NCBI RefSeq assembly: GCF_006345805.1
Contig: NC_043005.1
Span: 50,158,001-50,222,000, forward strand
Length of the DNA stretch: 64,000 nucleotides
Reading direction: 5' to 3'
Source: Octopus sinensis
Taxonomy: Eukaryota
Below the pieces are notes generated by a model, which did not search any database, had not been told where the DNA came from, and saw only the letters and a list, made by a program, of their open reading frames with translations. This document shows, in pieces, positions 13,549-25,554 of this stretch. The first letter of the stretch is position 1. Each line of letters opens with the position of its first letter. The position numbers and the translations under genes were made by a program.

Positions 13549-13641
13549 TAATTTGGTACGATCGTTTCGTACTACATCATTTAATTAAATGTTGTAAGTA
13601 TTACAACAGTTTTAAAATGCTGAACACTCATCAGCCAATTA
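13549..13641 (-). ncRNA. Type I hammerhead ribozyme motif (Penelope-like/retrozyme type)
   Basis: Minus strand: stem I taattgg / ccaaatta, core CUGAUGA, stem II gtgt/gtac with an internal hairpin tgttgtaa/ttacaaca, GAAA, palindromic stem III ACGAUCGU, cleavage triplet GUA. Confidence 0.75.
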
Positions 13642-15162
13642 TAGTGGTTTTCTATTAATACAAAAATTTTCATATCAAGTGGCAACATTATAGAGAAGGT
13701 AGATATATAGACAAAGATGTGGACTTAAATTTTAAGAACATTTGAGGTAGTGGAGCCCATCAACTGACTGACTAAGATTCGGTTGATCCAGACAACTATA
13801 TATATATATATATATTGCATATGTATGTGTGCATGTATCTGTATACACACACACATAAATATAATGTTTTTTTTTAAGGAATCTAACATTGACACACACC
13901 ATTTACATGTCTTGTCCATTGATCTAACAGTCTAATTGATTTCTCAAGTAGTTCTGTTTATCCTACACTCCAGTCTTTTGATTTTACCCCCACTGACTAT
14001 TGCAAACTACAAAAGGACACAATTATGGATTGATGCATCAAGAAACAACACATGCATATATATGCACACACACACTTGCATACAGACATATTCATACATA
14101 ATAGATTTTTGTATGCTTGTATGCATACACATGCAGACTTATTACAGCCTCTGTATTTATATACATATATATATATATGTACACATATATATATATACAT
14201 ATACATACACACATATATATATATACATACATACATATATATATACATACATACATATATATATATACATATATATATATATGATATGTACATACTATAT
14301 ATATATATGGATACATACACACACACACACACACATATATATATGTATACATATACACACACAAACACACACATATAGGTATATATATATATATCATATA
14401 TACATATAAATGTATGCATGAGTGTATCTATGTATTTACAAAAGTATAGACACACAGACTAGCATTAAATATAGATAATCTCCAAATGTTTTATACTTTG
14501 TCTTAGATGTACATATATTTTTGGAAATCATTCTTCTTTGTTCATAATATGGATGAACGTGTGTTTTTTTTTATTTTTGCAATTCTGTGTATATAAAGTA
14601 ATTTATGCATTTACGTTTGTGGTGGTTATATCATTATTTTATATTTATGCCCTTTTCTTTTTAAACTTGTAAACTGCCAATTACTATTAGAACAAACAAT
14701 ACACAAGTGCAATAACGACTGCTACAACAATTACAATAACAACAACAACAATTGCTTTTTGCGGTGCTACTATGATGTATATAATGCAAGTGATATCAAC
14801 TACAATAACATGGAAAAAAAAAAAAAGCATTCATTCATTGGGAAAGGAAAACATTAAAAACAGAAGCCGTATGAATGATATTAACAAGAAAAATGGAAAA
14901 GAGACAAATAGCAAAATCAAAAATAAAAAGACATTTATAATAAATTGAGCCAAAGAAAGACAGCCTAGACATTGGAACTTTAGTTATAGATTCATATTAC
15001 ATACTGCTTAAATAAGAAAAACTTAAAAAAAAAAAACACAGACACAAATAGCACAGACTTCCTAAAACGAAAACTAAAACTATACCACTACCACCACCGC
15101 AACCACTGCCACCGTCCTCCTTATCCTCCCCCTCCTCCTCCTCATCATCATCATCTACAATA

Positions 15163-15572
15163 GGCGCAGGAGTGGCTGTGTGGTAAGTAGCTTGCTAACC
15201 AGCCACATAGTTCCGGGTTCAGTCCCACTGCGTGGCATCTTGGGCAAGTGTCATTTGCTATAGCCCCGGGCCGACCAATGCCTTCTGAGTGGATTTGGTA
15301 GACGGAAACTGAAAGAAGCCCGTCGTATATATGTATATATATATATATATGTGTGTGTGTCTGTGTTTGTCCCCCTAGCATTGCTTGACAACCGATGCTG
15401 GTGTGTTTACGTCCCCGTCACTTAGCGGTTCGGCAAAAGAGACCGATAGAATAAGTACTGGGCTTACAAAAGAATAAGTCTCAGGGTTGATTTGCTCGAT
15501 TAAAGGCGGTGCTCCAGCATGGCCGCAGTCAAATGACTGAAACAAGTAAAAGAGTAAAGAGTAAAAAAGAGT
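15163..15572 (+). mobile_element. SINE family A, full-length (resembles octopus OR-type CORE-SINE)
   Basis: tRNA-like head 'tggctgtgtggtaag...gggttcagtccc', CORE-like 'ttgggcaagtgtc', internal (TA)(TG) tract and (AAAGAGT)n tail. The family name is from memory. Confidence 0.85.
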
Positions 15573-16173
15573 ATACCCATCGCCATCACTACCACCACCA
15601 TCATCATCATACATCTGTGTTCTATGTAGGCATGGGTTAGACCAATTGTCAGCTTCAGTATCACTAAACTTATTCAGAGTTACCATCATTGTAGACAGGT
15701 CAGGTAGCCATGTCATGATTTGGTTTCTATTGCTGGATGCTCTTCCTATTGCCCATTAGTCTACAGAGTGCTCTGGATACATTTTATTGTGGCACCAGCA
15801 CTAGAGAAGTTGTCATGTTCTCAGCAAAATTAATGAGTCTTTTTTATCCTACATTATCCTTTCGCATTCACTAGCCATTATTCCCATTGCGTATTACTTT
15901 TCTAAATGTAACTTGCAGTTTACAAGTTTAAAGGAACCATGTATAACAAATAAATACTATGCATATGGACACAAATATCATTGCACCAAAAATAACAAAA
16001 TTGTAGCAATAAGTGTCGGCATGGGTTTATGGAAAGAAGCTTGCTCCCCAACCACATAGTTTAGGATTCAGTCACACTGTGTGACACCTTGGGCAAGAGT
16101 CTTCTACTATCACCTTGGGCCAACCAAAGCCTTGAGAGGGGATTTGGTTGACAGAAATTGAAAGAATTGAAAT

Positions 16174-16420
16174 AAAGGCGGCGAGCTGGCAGAAATGTTA
16201 GCATGCTGGGCGAAATGCCTAGTGGTATTTCGTCTGCCGTTATGTTCTGAGTTCAAATTCTGCCACGGTCGACTTTGCCTTTCATCCTTTTGGGGTTGAT
16301 AAATTAAGTACCAGTTACGTACTGGAGTTGATGTAATTGACTTAATCCCTTTATCTGCCCTTGTTTTTCTCCTCTATGTTTAGCCCTTTGTGGGCAATAA
16401 AGCAATAAGAAATTGAAAGA
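16174..16420 (+). mobile_element. SINE family B, full-length, next to a SINE A 5' half (16015-16170)
   Basis: A box 'tggcagaaatgttag', B box 'gttcaaattc', central 'gactttgcctttcatccttttggggttgataaattaagtaccag' (resembles a Meta-type domain, from memory). Confidence 0.85.
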
Positions 16421-16439
16421 AGCCAGTTGTTTATATATA

Positions 16440-16687
16440 GTGTTGATATTATGCAAAAGTGTCGTAAGTCCAAAATGTTGCTTTTTCAGAAAACGAAAAA
16501 ATAATTTCATCATTTCAGAGCAAAACCGTTGTACTACACTTTGACAATTTTTGATAACTTGATATCTGAAGCAGCTGGAGATACAATAGTTTGACCAAAA
16601 GAACGGCTATTGCAAGCAAAATTAAATATTGAAAAAAATGCTTTTGGCCAAATTTGGATATATGACAGTTTAACATAATAGCAACAT
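16440..16687. mobile_element. TA-flanked MITE (~250 bp), copy 1
   Basis: TIRs gtgttgatattatg / cataatagcaacat flanked by TA. Reverse-complement copy at 58093-58320. Confidence 0.7.
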
Positions 16688-16977
16688 TATATATATGTGT
16701 GTGTATGTGTGTGTGTGCGTGTGTGTGTGTATATATATATATATATAAAACATGTCTATTATCTATGTTTGTCTTAGTGTTTGTCTTCCACCAGTATTGG
16801 TTTGTTTACATACATGTGACTTAGCAGTTAAGCAAAAGAGACTGACAGAATAAATACCAGACTTTGAAAGAAAAAGTACTGGCATTAATTTGTTTGGCTA
16901 AGCCCTTCAAAGTAGTGCCCCAACAAGGCTACAGTTCAATGACTGACACAAGTTAAAGATAAAATAGATAAATCTAA

Positions 16978-17227
16978 CATACATCATCATTTGACGTCTG
17001 TTTTCCATGCTGGTATGGGTTGTACGGTTTGACTGAAAACTGGTAAGCTGAGTAGCTGCACCAGGTTTCAATCTGATTTGGTATGGTTTCAACAGCTGGA
17101 TGCCCTTCCTAATGCCAAGCACTCCAAGAGTGTAGTGAGTGCTCTCTGTGTGCCACTGGCACTAATGCCAATTACGAAGCACCAGCATCTGCCATGACTG
17201 TAATCTCACCTGGCTTGACAGGTCTTC
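16978..17227 (-). mobile_element. RTE-type LINE 3' UTR fragment
   Basis: 'ttttccatgctggtatgggttg...ctggatgcccttcctaatgcc'. Confidence 0.7.
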
Positions 17228-17243
17228 TCAAGCACAGTGTATT

Positions 17244-17449
17244 CTTTTCTACTCTAGGCACAAGGCCTGAAATTTTGGGGGAGTGGTGGTGGGGGGGCAG
17301 TCGATTAGATCAACCCAGTACACAACTGGTACTTAATTTATCAACCCTGAAAGGATGAAAGGCAAAGCCGACCTCGGTGGAATTTGAACTCAGAACGTAA
17401 AGACTGACGAAATACCTGCTAAGCATATTGCCCTGCCAGCTGGCCATCT
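17244..17449 (-). mobile_element. SINE family B with target-site duplication
   Basis: Flanked by tcaagcacagtgtatt (17228-17243) and tcaagcacagtatatt (17450-17465). Confidence 0.75.
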
Positions 17450-17769
17450 TCAAGCACAGTATATTACGAAAGGTTTTGATCATTTGTCACTGCCTCTGTG
17501 AGGCACAAAGTTGGAAGGGTGCTGTTTATGTGCCACCGGCCCAGCTGCCAGTTAGGTGACACCTGTCTATATAAACAAATTGTAGATATAGGCATAAATA
17601 ACACAGTGTAAAGCTACTTCTTACATACCAAAACAATAGTATAAAACAGTGTAGAAAAAGGGACCTTTGATGTGGTTGCTTGACTCATTAAAGATAGAAG
17701 CTAAATACCCCTCAAATCACTCCTTACCATTTTAGAGAAAGATAGGACATTAGATAATGTAGTCTTACA

Positions 17770-18140
17770 TGGGGTAGCCATGTGTCTTCTTTAGAGTAAG
17801 ACATCTGTCTCTCCTCCTTTGTCATATTTTAATCTCTCATCACCAGGCACTAATCCATCTCCCTCAAATACTTCTCGCCCTTCAGTTGAAGGGTTTCATC
17901 TTGCAAGTTATTGAGTGATCTTGCTGGTACCGATGCCATGTAAAAAGCAACCTGTACTTTCTGTAAAGTGGTTGGTGTTAAAAAGGGCATCCAACTATAG
18001 AAACCATATCAAAGCAGACAGAGTGGAGCTTTGAGTAGTCTTCTAGTTCATCAGCTCCTGTCAAATCATCTCACCCATGACAGCATGGAAAACCGATATT
18101 AGAGGGTCATGATTATGAGAATGATTATGATTATGATGAT
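17770..18140 (+). mobile_element. RTE-type 3' tail variant
   Basis: 'gtggttggtgttaaaaagggcatccaactatagaaacc...cagcatggaaaacc', then (GATTAT)n. Confidence 0.6.
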
Positions 18141-18551
18141 GATAACATTATTACTTAAAAGATGGGATGGTCATGACTGGAATTATTTTCATCAAAGGTC
18201 AGCTCATCAGCTTGGCCAAGGTTGATCTGTGGCTAAACAAGAACAAAGCTTACAGCAATAACCTCTTTCTTTCTATCTTTCTCCTCACACATACATAAAC
18301 ACATGATTAATACCACCACCTCCACTAGCACCTAAGTCTTTACTGAAGAAATAAAACCACCTCAGGAGTGTGGCAACTGAGACAAACAAATGCAGAATTG
18401 ATATCATAATAAAACTACACTTAGCAAAACTGAAAAATAAATAAACTGCAGAATTCAACAACTACAAAATCATAAACAAATACACGCACACAAACACACA
18501 CACACACACAAACACACACCATACGCACTCATACATACACATGTAAATATA

Positions 18552-18603
<52 letters not shown>

Positions 18604-18770
18604 TAAACAGATATATATACACACACATGCATATACATATATGCATGTGTGTGTGTGTATATATATATATATACGTTTGTGTATGTGTATATATGTGTGT
18701 GTGCATGTATACACACATATATATATGAATATATACATGCATGTATATATATGTACATAAATATATGTGC

Positions 18771-18806
<36 letters not shown>

Positions 18807-19469
18807 GCATATATACATGTATATATGTGCATATATATATATATGTATATATATATGCATATATATATATATATATATATATAACAAATACCTCAAATTA
18901 TTCTTAATGTGTCTCTCTTGGTTAGTGGTAATCATTAGAAATACTTTTTGGTAAAAATTCCTATATTTAGATAACTGAAGATTTAAAGATAATGCTCCTT
19001 TGAAGTAAATACCTAATAATAAGCTTTCACTTAATGATAACTGTCTTCCTTATTTTTCTCTGATGTTCTGGACACTTTTCTTTTCTTCTACACTTTGTTT
19101 TTTTTAAAAAATTTATTTTACATTTCTTCTCCTTCAGTTGCCATTGTACCGAAGAAGAAGAAGAAAATTGGAATTAGTTGTTGCTTTTGCTACTGTTATT
19201 GTTGTTGTTGTTGCTGTTTTAGTAGTTTAGGCCTGAGGTCAGCTCTGATTAACGAGAATCTATGATTAAAAAAACATTGCAAACACGATCACACAGTTCT
19301 ATTTTTCTAGCGTAATGTACCCCAGACTACAACATTCAATGTGTAGTTCTGGTTTTTAAGATGGTAAGGTGATAACTGAAGAGAGATTTGGGCTACTATT
19401 TCTAGCTGCTTGAATGACCAGTGAGTCACATTTTCTCCAAGTGTTATGTCACTGTCAGAGTTCTTTACT

Positions 19470-19945
19470 GCTGTCACAGGGTTGTTACCTCATAATTGTA
19501 ATGTTACACCATCATCATGTTACATTACTATCATAATGTTACGTAACTGCTGCAAATGTTACACTACTCTTACACTATTATGGTATTACACTAACACCGT
19601 TGTTTTAACCATTGTTACAAATGATACTAGTGTCACAGTGTTACAACACTATGACAATGTTACACTGTCGTTATGGTGTTACACCATTATCATAACTCTG
19701 CTGTGTTAAACTATTGTTACAATGTTACATCATCATTGCAGTGTTACACTATTATTACAACATTAGTGTTACATCACTGTCACAATGTTACAGTATAATT
19801 GTGGTATTACATCATTATCACAACATTAGTGTTTCATCACTGTCACAATGTTACACTATCATTGCAGTGCTACATCATTTTCACATTACAGTGTCATGTT
19901 ACTGTCACAATGTTACATCATTATTATGGTGTTATATCATTTTTC
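19470..19945. repeat. Degenerate minisatellite with 63-bp higher-order period
   Basis: 'tgttac'-type motifs at 19723, 19742, 19767, 19786, 19805, 19830, 19849 and 19868 (spacing 19/25/19). Confidence 0.7.
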
Positions 19946-19950
19946 GATGC

Positions 19951-19977
19951 TATTATTATTATTATTATTATTATATT

Positions 19978-20008
<31 letters not shown>

Positions 20009-20157
20009 TTATTATTCAGGTCACTGCCTGGAATCAAACTTGGAATCTTGGTGTTAGTAGCCTGTGCTCTTAACCACTATGCCATATGTCTGTGGGCATA
20101 GTGATTAAGAGTGTAGGCTACTAACACCAAGATTCCGAGTTCAATTCCAGGCAGTTA

Positions 20158-20198
<41 letters not shown>

Positions 20199-20345
20199 TT
20201 GCACTACTAGGCACTGCACACATCCTACGCAGAACACTTTCCATACAATAACCATCAGAGCATCACAACAAATCACAGCACATACCCAAGGCACACAGAG
20301 CTGCGCTCGGTAGTGAAGTGAAAGCACGCTATAAAAATAAAACTA

Positions 20346-20394
<49 letters not shown>

Positions 20395-20395
20395 T
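19951..20395. mobile_element. Foldback element: head-to-head tRNA-like heads with (ATT)n/(AAT)n arms
   Basis: Arms 20015-20083 and 20095-20163 are reverse complements (61/69). Each has A-box-like tagtg(g/a)ttaag and B-box-like gtt(tg/ca)attcc. Confidence 0.75.
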
Positions 20396-21019
20396 CACAC
20401 AGCTGGTGTGAGAGCTGTTTGGATAAAAAGGGGCATAAAAAATGCTACAGAGGGGTCAAAAGAATCTATACATTCTCTGGTAGCATCAATACTTCTTGGC
20501 ACCATACGAAGAAGTAATCATCCAGTTGACAGCCAGCTAACAAAGGGAAGTTTTTACGTTCACTTTTCCATGGCTGCATGGGTTGAACAGAGTTTTATCG
20601 AGGCAGATTTTCACTGGTTTTCCTGCTGTCCAAGCCTTGCTTATCTTCAAGCAAGGTAATATTTTCCCATGTTTATGCAGAATATTGGAAATGAGTGATA
20701 TTCATTTACAACAATCATGCAATGTCAAGACAAGGAAACACACACACACACACACACACACATACACACACACACGCACGCACACACACACATATGTATA
20801 TATACAATGGGCTTCTTGAAGTTTTCCATCTATCAAGTACATTCAACATGCTTTTGGTTGTTCTGGAACTATAGTAGCAAAGACATTTGCCCAAGGTGCA
20901 ACACAGTGAGGACTTCAAACCATGTGATTGGGAAGCAAACTTCTCAACCACACACCAACACCATACATGTGTGTGTGTGGGGGGTGGGTATTAGATAAAG
21001 TTTCTTCATGTGGCATATA

Positions 21020-21230
21020 GACTCATAGGGCCAGTTTCTGTGGTGTATATATTCCTCCCCTGGATTGAATGCCGGCCCATCACAAAATTACTCATTTTTG
21101 CCAGTTGAGTGAAGTGGAGCATCATGAAGTGAAGTGTTTTGTTCAAGAACACGTGTTGCTTGATCTTGGAATTGAAACCACAATCTTACAATCATGAGTC
21201 AAATACCCTAACAACTATGCCACGTGTACC
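21020..21230 (-). mobile_element. SINE family C
   Basis: Homologous to 5270-5490. Confidence 0.7.
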
Positions 21231-21302
21231 TCCATGTATATATATATATTTATATAGAAATATATATATGCATGTATGTGTATGTGTGTGTGTGTGTGTG
21301 TA

Positions 21303-21339
<37 letters not shown>

Positions 21340-21343
<4 letters not shown>

Positions 21344-21646
21344 TAAATTAGAGATAAAACCACTATTAGGCAAATCAAACTGAAAAACATAAACCAAAAC
21401 ATAGAAATAAAAATATTTAATATAATATACAAAATATATAAAATATAAAATTTTAATTATTTATATATATATTAAAAAGTCAGTAAAAGAAAATGGAGAA
21501 GAAAAGTTTTTAAATGCTTGGTTTATTTTATTTGTATTACAATTGGATAAGTAATGCAAATTAAAAGATGCAACAATGTACCTATAAGAGTATAAATGGA
21601 ACTGCCTCAACCAACAAAATAACCCCCAAAATATCCCCACAAAAGG
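21340..21646 (-). mobile_element. Penelope-like 3' terminal region downstream of an HHR
   Basis: Ends in (TA)n. 21346-21380 matches the hairpin arm at 24037-24070. Confidence 0.45.
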
Positions 21647-21758
21647 TATTCTACATACAATATATATGTTTCGATAAAACAATATTTAAGAATCATCACT
21701 TAGTATAACTTTAAAAGAAGCAATAATCTGTATATTGTTAGATCTCTTCAGGAAAAAT
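21647..21758 (-). ncRNA. Type I hammerhead ribozyme motif with long stem II
   Basis: Minus strand: ttttc-CUGAAGA-gatctaacaata...tattgttttatc-GAAA-cata(tatattg)tatgU-A-gaata. Cleavage triplet GUA; stem I has one mismatch. Confidence 0.65.
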
Positions 21759-21872
21759 GAGTGTATTTTAGTCTTGAGCAACAAAATAACTTATTTGACT
21801 TATTTGAAAGCAATGTTTAGATATTTTTAACAAACCCTTACATGGATATTGCATCCTCAAATTCTGAGTGTG

Positions 21873-21944
<72 letters not shown>

Positions 21945-22144
21945 ATTTGTGTGCATATTCAAAGGCATACTTTCATTTTATTCAAATGAAGCATGGAAGA
22001 AATAAGTAACCTTCACTGCAACAGCTTTTAAGAGTGGCAACAGGCCAAAGAGGGGCAACTGGTATTGGTGGGCTTCTAGCCAACAGCCATAAAGCAGGGC
22101 AAACATTTGGAATGACGTTTTATGGCCTGGAAACACACCAAGTG

Positions 22145-22200
22145 AGATTGCCAGAGTGGCTTTAGGGATCTGCAGATCCCTTCAGCCACTTTGGCAATCT
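22145..22200. other. 56-nt near-perfect palindrome followed by a T-run
   Basis: agattgccagagtggct-tt-agggatctg|cagatccct-tc-agccactttggcaatct. Confidence 0.85.
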
Positions 22201-23529
22201 TTTTTTATTTTCATACAACTCACTTGTCTTGATTTTATCAAACCACTGGGGACATTATGTGAGAACAAGGAGAGAGAGAGGGTTTGATGTGCATGCAAAA
22301 AAAGAAAAATAAGAACTCCCCCCTCACTACCTCCACCACCGACTTCTGTTAGTCTGGTATCTGTGTCTTGCAAATAAGACCACATGACACATATTTGAAA
22401 GACCGCCCCCCCCCCAACTAAGAGGTCAAATAGCTTTGTTGTGGCAGTTTGGGTATTCTGCACAACTACGACAAAAAACTGCTTCTTTCTAGATGCATGA
22501 AAGGTGTAGTATAGATGGGATTAATTGGGGGTTTTTTGCTGCTCCATGTGACTATATCTCTTGCTGAAGTGCTACATAGTCAATCATGGTTCATGGCCAT
22601 CATTGTTTACTGATGGTAGAAATTTCTAGGAGCCACAGACAGCAGATCTTTCATTGTAATGGGGGACAGGGCATTGCACCTTTGTGGGATATATGCCTGT
22701 AGCTTCAAGCATATAGAAATTGGAGTATAAACAGGATCGGTGATGATTCTCTGGTCCCCTGAATGGTCATAACCCTGTTCAGGTGCCATATAATCAAAAT
22801 GATTGTCTTCATTGATTACCAATGGACAAACATGTTAACTTTAAACATCTTTTTCTCTTTTCTTCCTCTCTTTCTTCTTCTCTTTCTTCTTTTATTTACC
22901 TTCATTTATTACCTTCATTCCACTTGTTTCAGTCTTTGGACTGTGACCATGCTGGGGCACCACTTTGAAGGGTTCTGTTAACCCTAGTACTTATTTTCTA
23001 AGTCTGGTACATATTCCACCATTACTTTTTCCAAACTATCAAGTTATACAAACCAGCATTGGTTTTGGTTGTCAAGCAGTGGAGAGGTGGTAAAACACAA
23101 ATACAAACACACACACAAATTAACATCAGAGTGCATCATCATCATCATTAACATCATTGTCATCATTTAATAGACCCCTTCCAGCTGGCTAATTGCTTGT
23201 GTGTGTATGTGTATGTGTGTGTGTGTGAGAGAGAGACAGACAGACAGACAGACAGAAAGAAATAGAGTGCATGTGTTATGTTTTCTCTTTTATTTGTTTA
23301 TTTGTTTACCTCAATGGACTGCAGCCATGCTGGAGCATTGCCTTGAAGGCTTTGGCCAAACAAATCAATTCCAGTTGTCAAGCAGTGTGTGAGGTGGGGG
23401 TGGGGATGAACACAAGCACAAAGGCACATGCACGCACACACACACGCAGACATATATGTATACATACCATATATATATAGACATACATACATATGCATAC
23501 ACACACACATATATATGTATGTATATATC

Positions 23530-23654
23530 CTTAAACAAGAATGTTGCCGACATTGACTTTGAAGTTACAGCTGGGTAAGCCATCATCAGACAGTCTGACA
23601 ATGGCTTAGCAGGCTGATACTTCAAAGTCACTGTCAATAATATTCATGTTTAAG
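23530..23654. other. 125-nt ungapped degenerate palindrome (old MITE or structured RNA)
   Basis: Centre 23592. Of 62 positions, 49 are Watson-Crick, 3 are G-T and 10 are mismatched; TTAA lies near both ends. Confidence 0.85.
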
Positions 23655-23793
23655 AACAATAAATTTGTACTCTACAAAAGCATAGAATAACACATCAGAT
23701 TAATGTGAAGTTGTTTTCATCATAGCTGAACATAAAAACAAACTTTAACATACATACATACATATATACATACATACATATATACATAAATAC

Positions 23794-23830
<37 letters not shown>

Positions 23831-23973
23831 ATATATGTATGTATGTATATATATTAATCATAGTGTACAGTATTATATATCTTACCAATCACTTTTGCAC
23901 TAGGGATTCACTGGGGTGTTAGGTAACAGTCCAATTATTTAACCCTGCACTCTTCAGAGGTAGCCATTATGGA

Positions 23974-24025
<52 letters not shown>

Positions 24026-24037
<12 letters not shown>

Positions 24038-24282
24038 TTAGAGACAAAACCACTATTTTGCAAATCAAACAAGGAAAGACTTAATCAATACATAAAAAAA
24101 TTTTAATATATATGTACTTTATATTAAAATTTTTTTATGTATTGATTAAGTCTTTCCTTGTTTGATTTGCAAAATAGTGGTTTTGTCTCTAATTAATATT
24201 ATATAATATTTTACTATAAAATTGGATTCAATCCTAAATCTGATTTTTCCCTGTAAATTTGGATTTATTCCCTAATATTTAT

Positions 24283-24290
<8 letters not shown>
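24026..24290. mobile_element. Perfect ~85-bp inverted repeat plus tail (Penelope-like inverted terminus) in (TA)n
   Basis: Arms ~24026-24110 and 24120-24204 with no mismatch seen; 9-nt loop tatgtactt. Confidence 0.75.
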
Positions 24291-24352
<62 letters not shown>

Positions 24353-24353
24353 T

Positions 24354-24940
24354 ACAGGTTGTGGTGAATGAATTGTTGTTTAAATTACGCAAAAATGAAA
24401 ATAACACTGACATCTCATTTTAACAGATATATTTAACAAAACTACATAAAAATATCTTGAAATACTAAAGAGTAAATTTATTCAATAAAATCGCCATTGT
24501 CTTCAGCCACGGCCTCCAGACAATTTTGGAATTTCCTGCAACTCTACTTGATGTAGGCCTCTGTGTTGTTTGAGGTTGAGTGGAAAGATGAATGGAAACA
24601 TAACGTCGCCATCACTAATGATCACTCCAAACACCATGATGTTGACTGGATGTTTGATTTTTATCACTCTCAGTACAAGTCCTCAGATTGCACTGTCATC
24701 GATTGACACACAAACACTCTGAAATGTTCATATTGGAGGTTCCAGTGCAAGTGTCAAACAGTACAGCATGTTTCCAAATTTCTGGCAGAGTGAATTGTAT
24801 CATGGTGCTGTTTTTCTCACAGACGGTGCCCAAATGACACTACTATACTGTGTAGTGGACAAAATCAAAACAAACAACGTGGATGAGCAAAATAAAAAAA
24901 TATAAAATGGCAACAATTTACCTATCACCCCCTCTATATA
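24354..24940 (-). mobile_element. Internally deleted DD37D (maT) element
   Basis: TIR 'tacaggttgtggtgaatgaattgttgtttaaattacgc'; body homologous to 7795-8642. Confidence 0.8.
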
Positions 24941-24967
24941 TTATATATATATATATATATAATATAT

Positions 24968-25131
24968 GTGACGGGCTTCTTTCAGTTTCCATCTACTAAA
25001 TCCACTCACAAGGCTTTGGTTGGCCCGAGGCTATAGTAGAAGACACTTGGCTAAGGTGCCACACAGTGGGACTGAACCTGGAACCATGTGGTTGGTAAGC
25101 AAGCTACTTACCACACAGCTACTCCTGTGCC

Positions 25132-25224
<93 letters not shown>

Positions 25225-25267
25225 ATGAATATAAATATGGAGATGTATATGTGTGTGTTTATATATA

Positions 25268-25299
<32 letters not shown>

Positions 25300-25460
25300 G
25301 AATATGAAGGGCTTCCAGAGAATTTCCTTGTACCAAATTCACTCATGGGGCATTCATCAATCTGGCGCCATAGCAGAAGACACTTGCCCAAGATGCCACA
25401 CAATGGAACTGAACCTGAGACCACATAGTTCCTAAGGAAGCTCCTAAACCACAAAGCCAT
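24968..25460 (-). mobile_element. Two SINE A 5' halves separated by microsatellite
   Basis: 24968-25130 and 25308-25460. Confidence 0.75.
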
Positions 25461-25554
25461 ACAAAAATAAAACTGAGACAGACCACCATACAAACAGATG
25501 AAGTAATCTTTAAATAGTGTTATTCTCTTAAACTACCCACTATAGTGTCTATAC

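Noticed and set aside
15163-15240. tRNA-like heads as real tRNA genes
   Set aside because: No complete cloverleaf; they continue into SINE bodies.
17404-17412. CUGACGA as a hammerhead core
   Set aside because: It lies within a SINE B head and lacks stem II, a separate GAAA and stem I.
19138-19240. Exon encoding AIVPKKKKKIGISCCFCYCYCCCCCC
   Set aside because: The Lys and Cys runs derive from (GAA)n and (TTG)n microsatellites.
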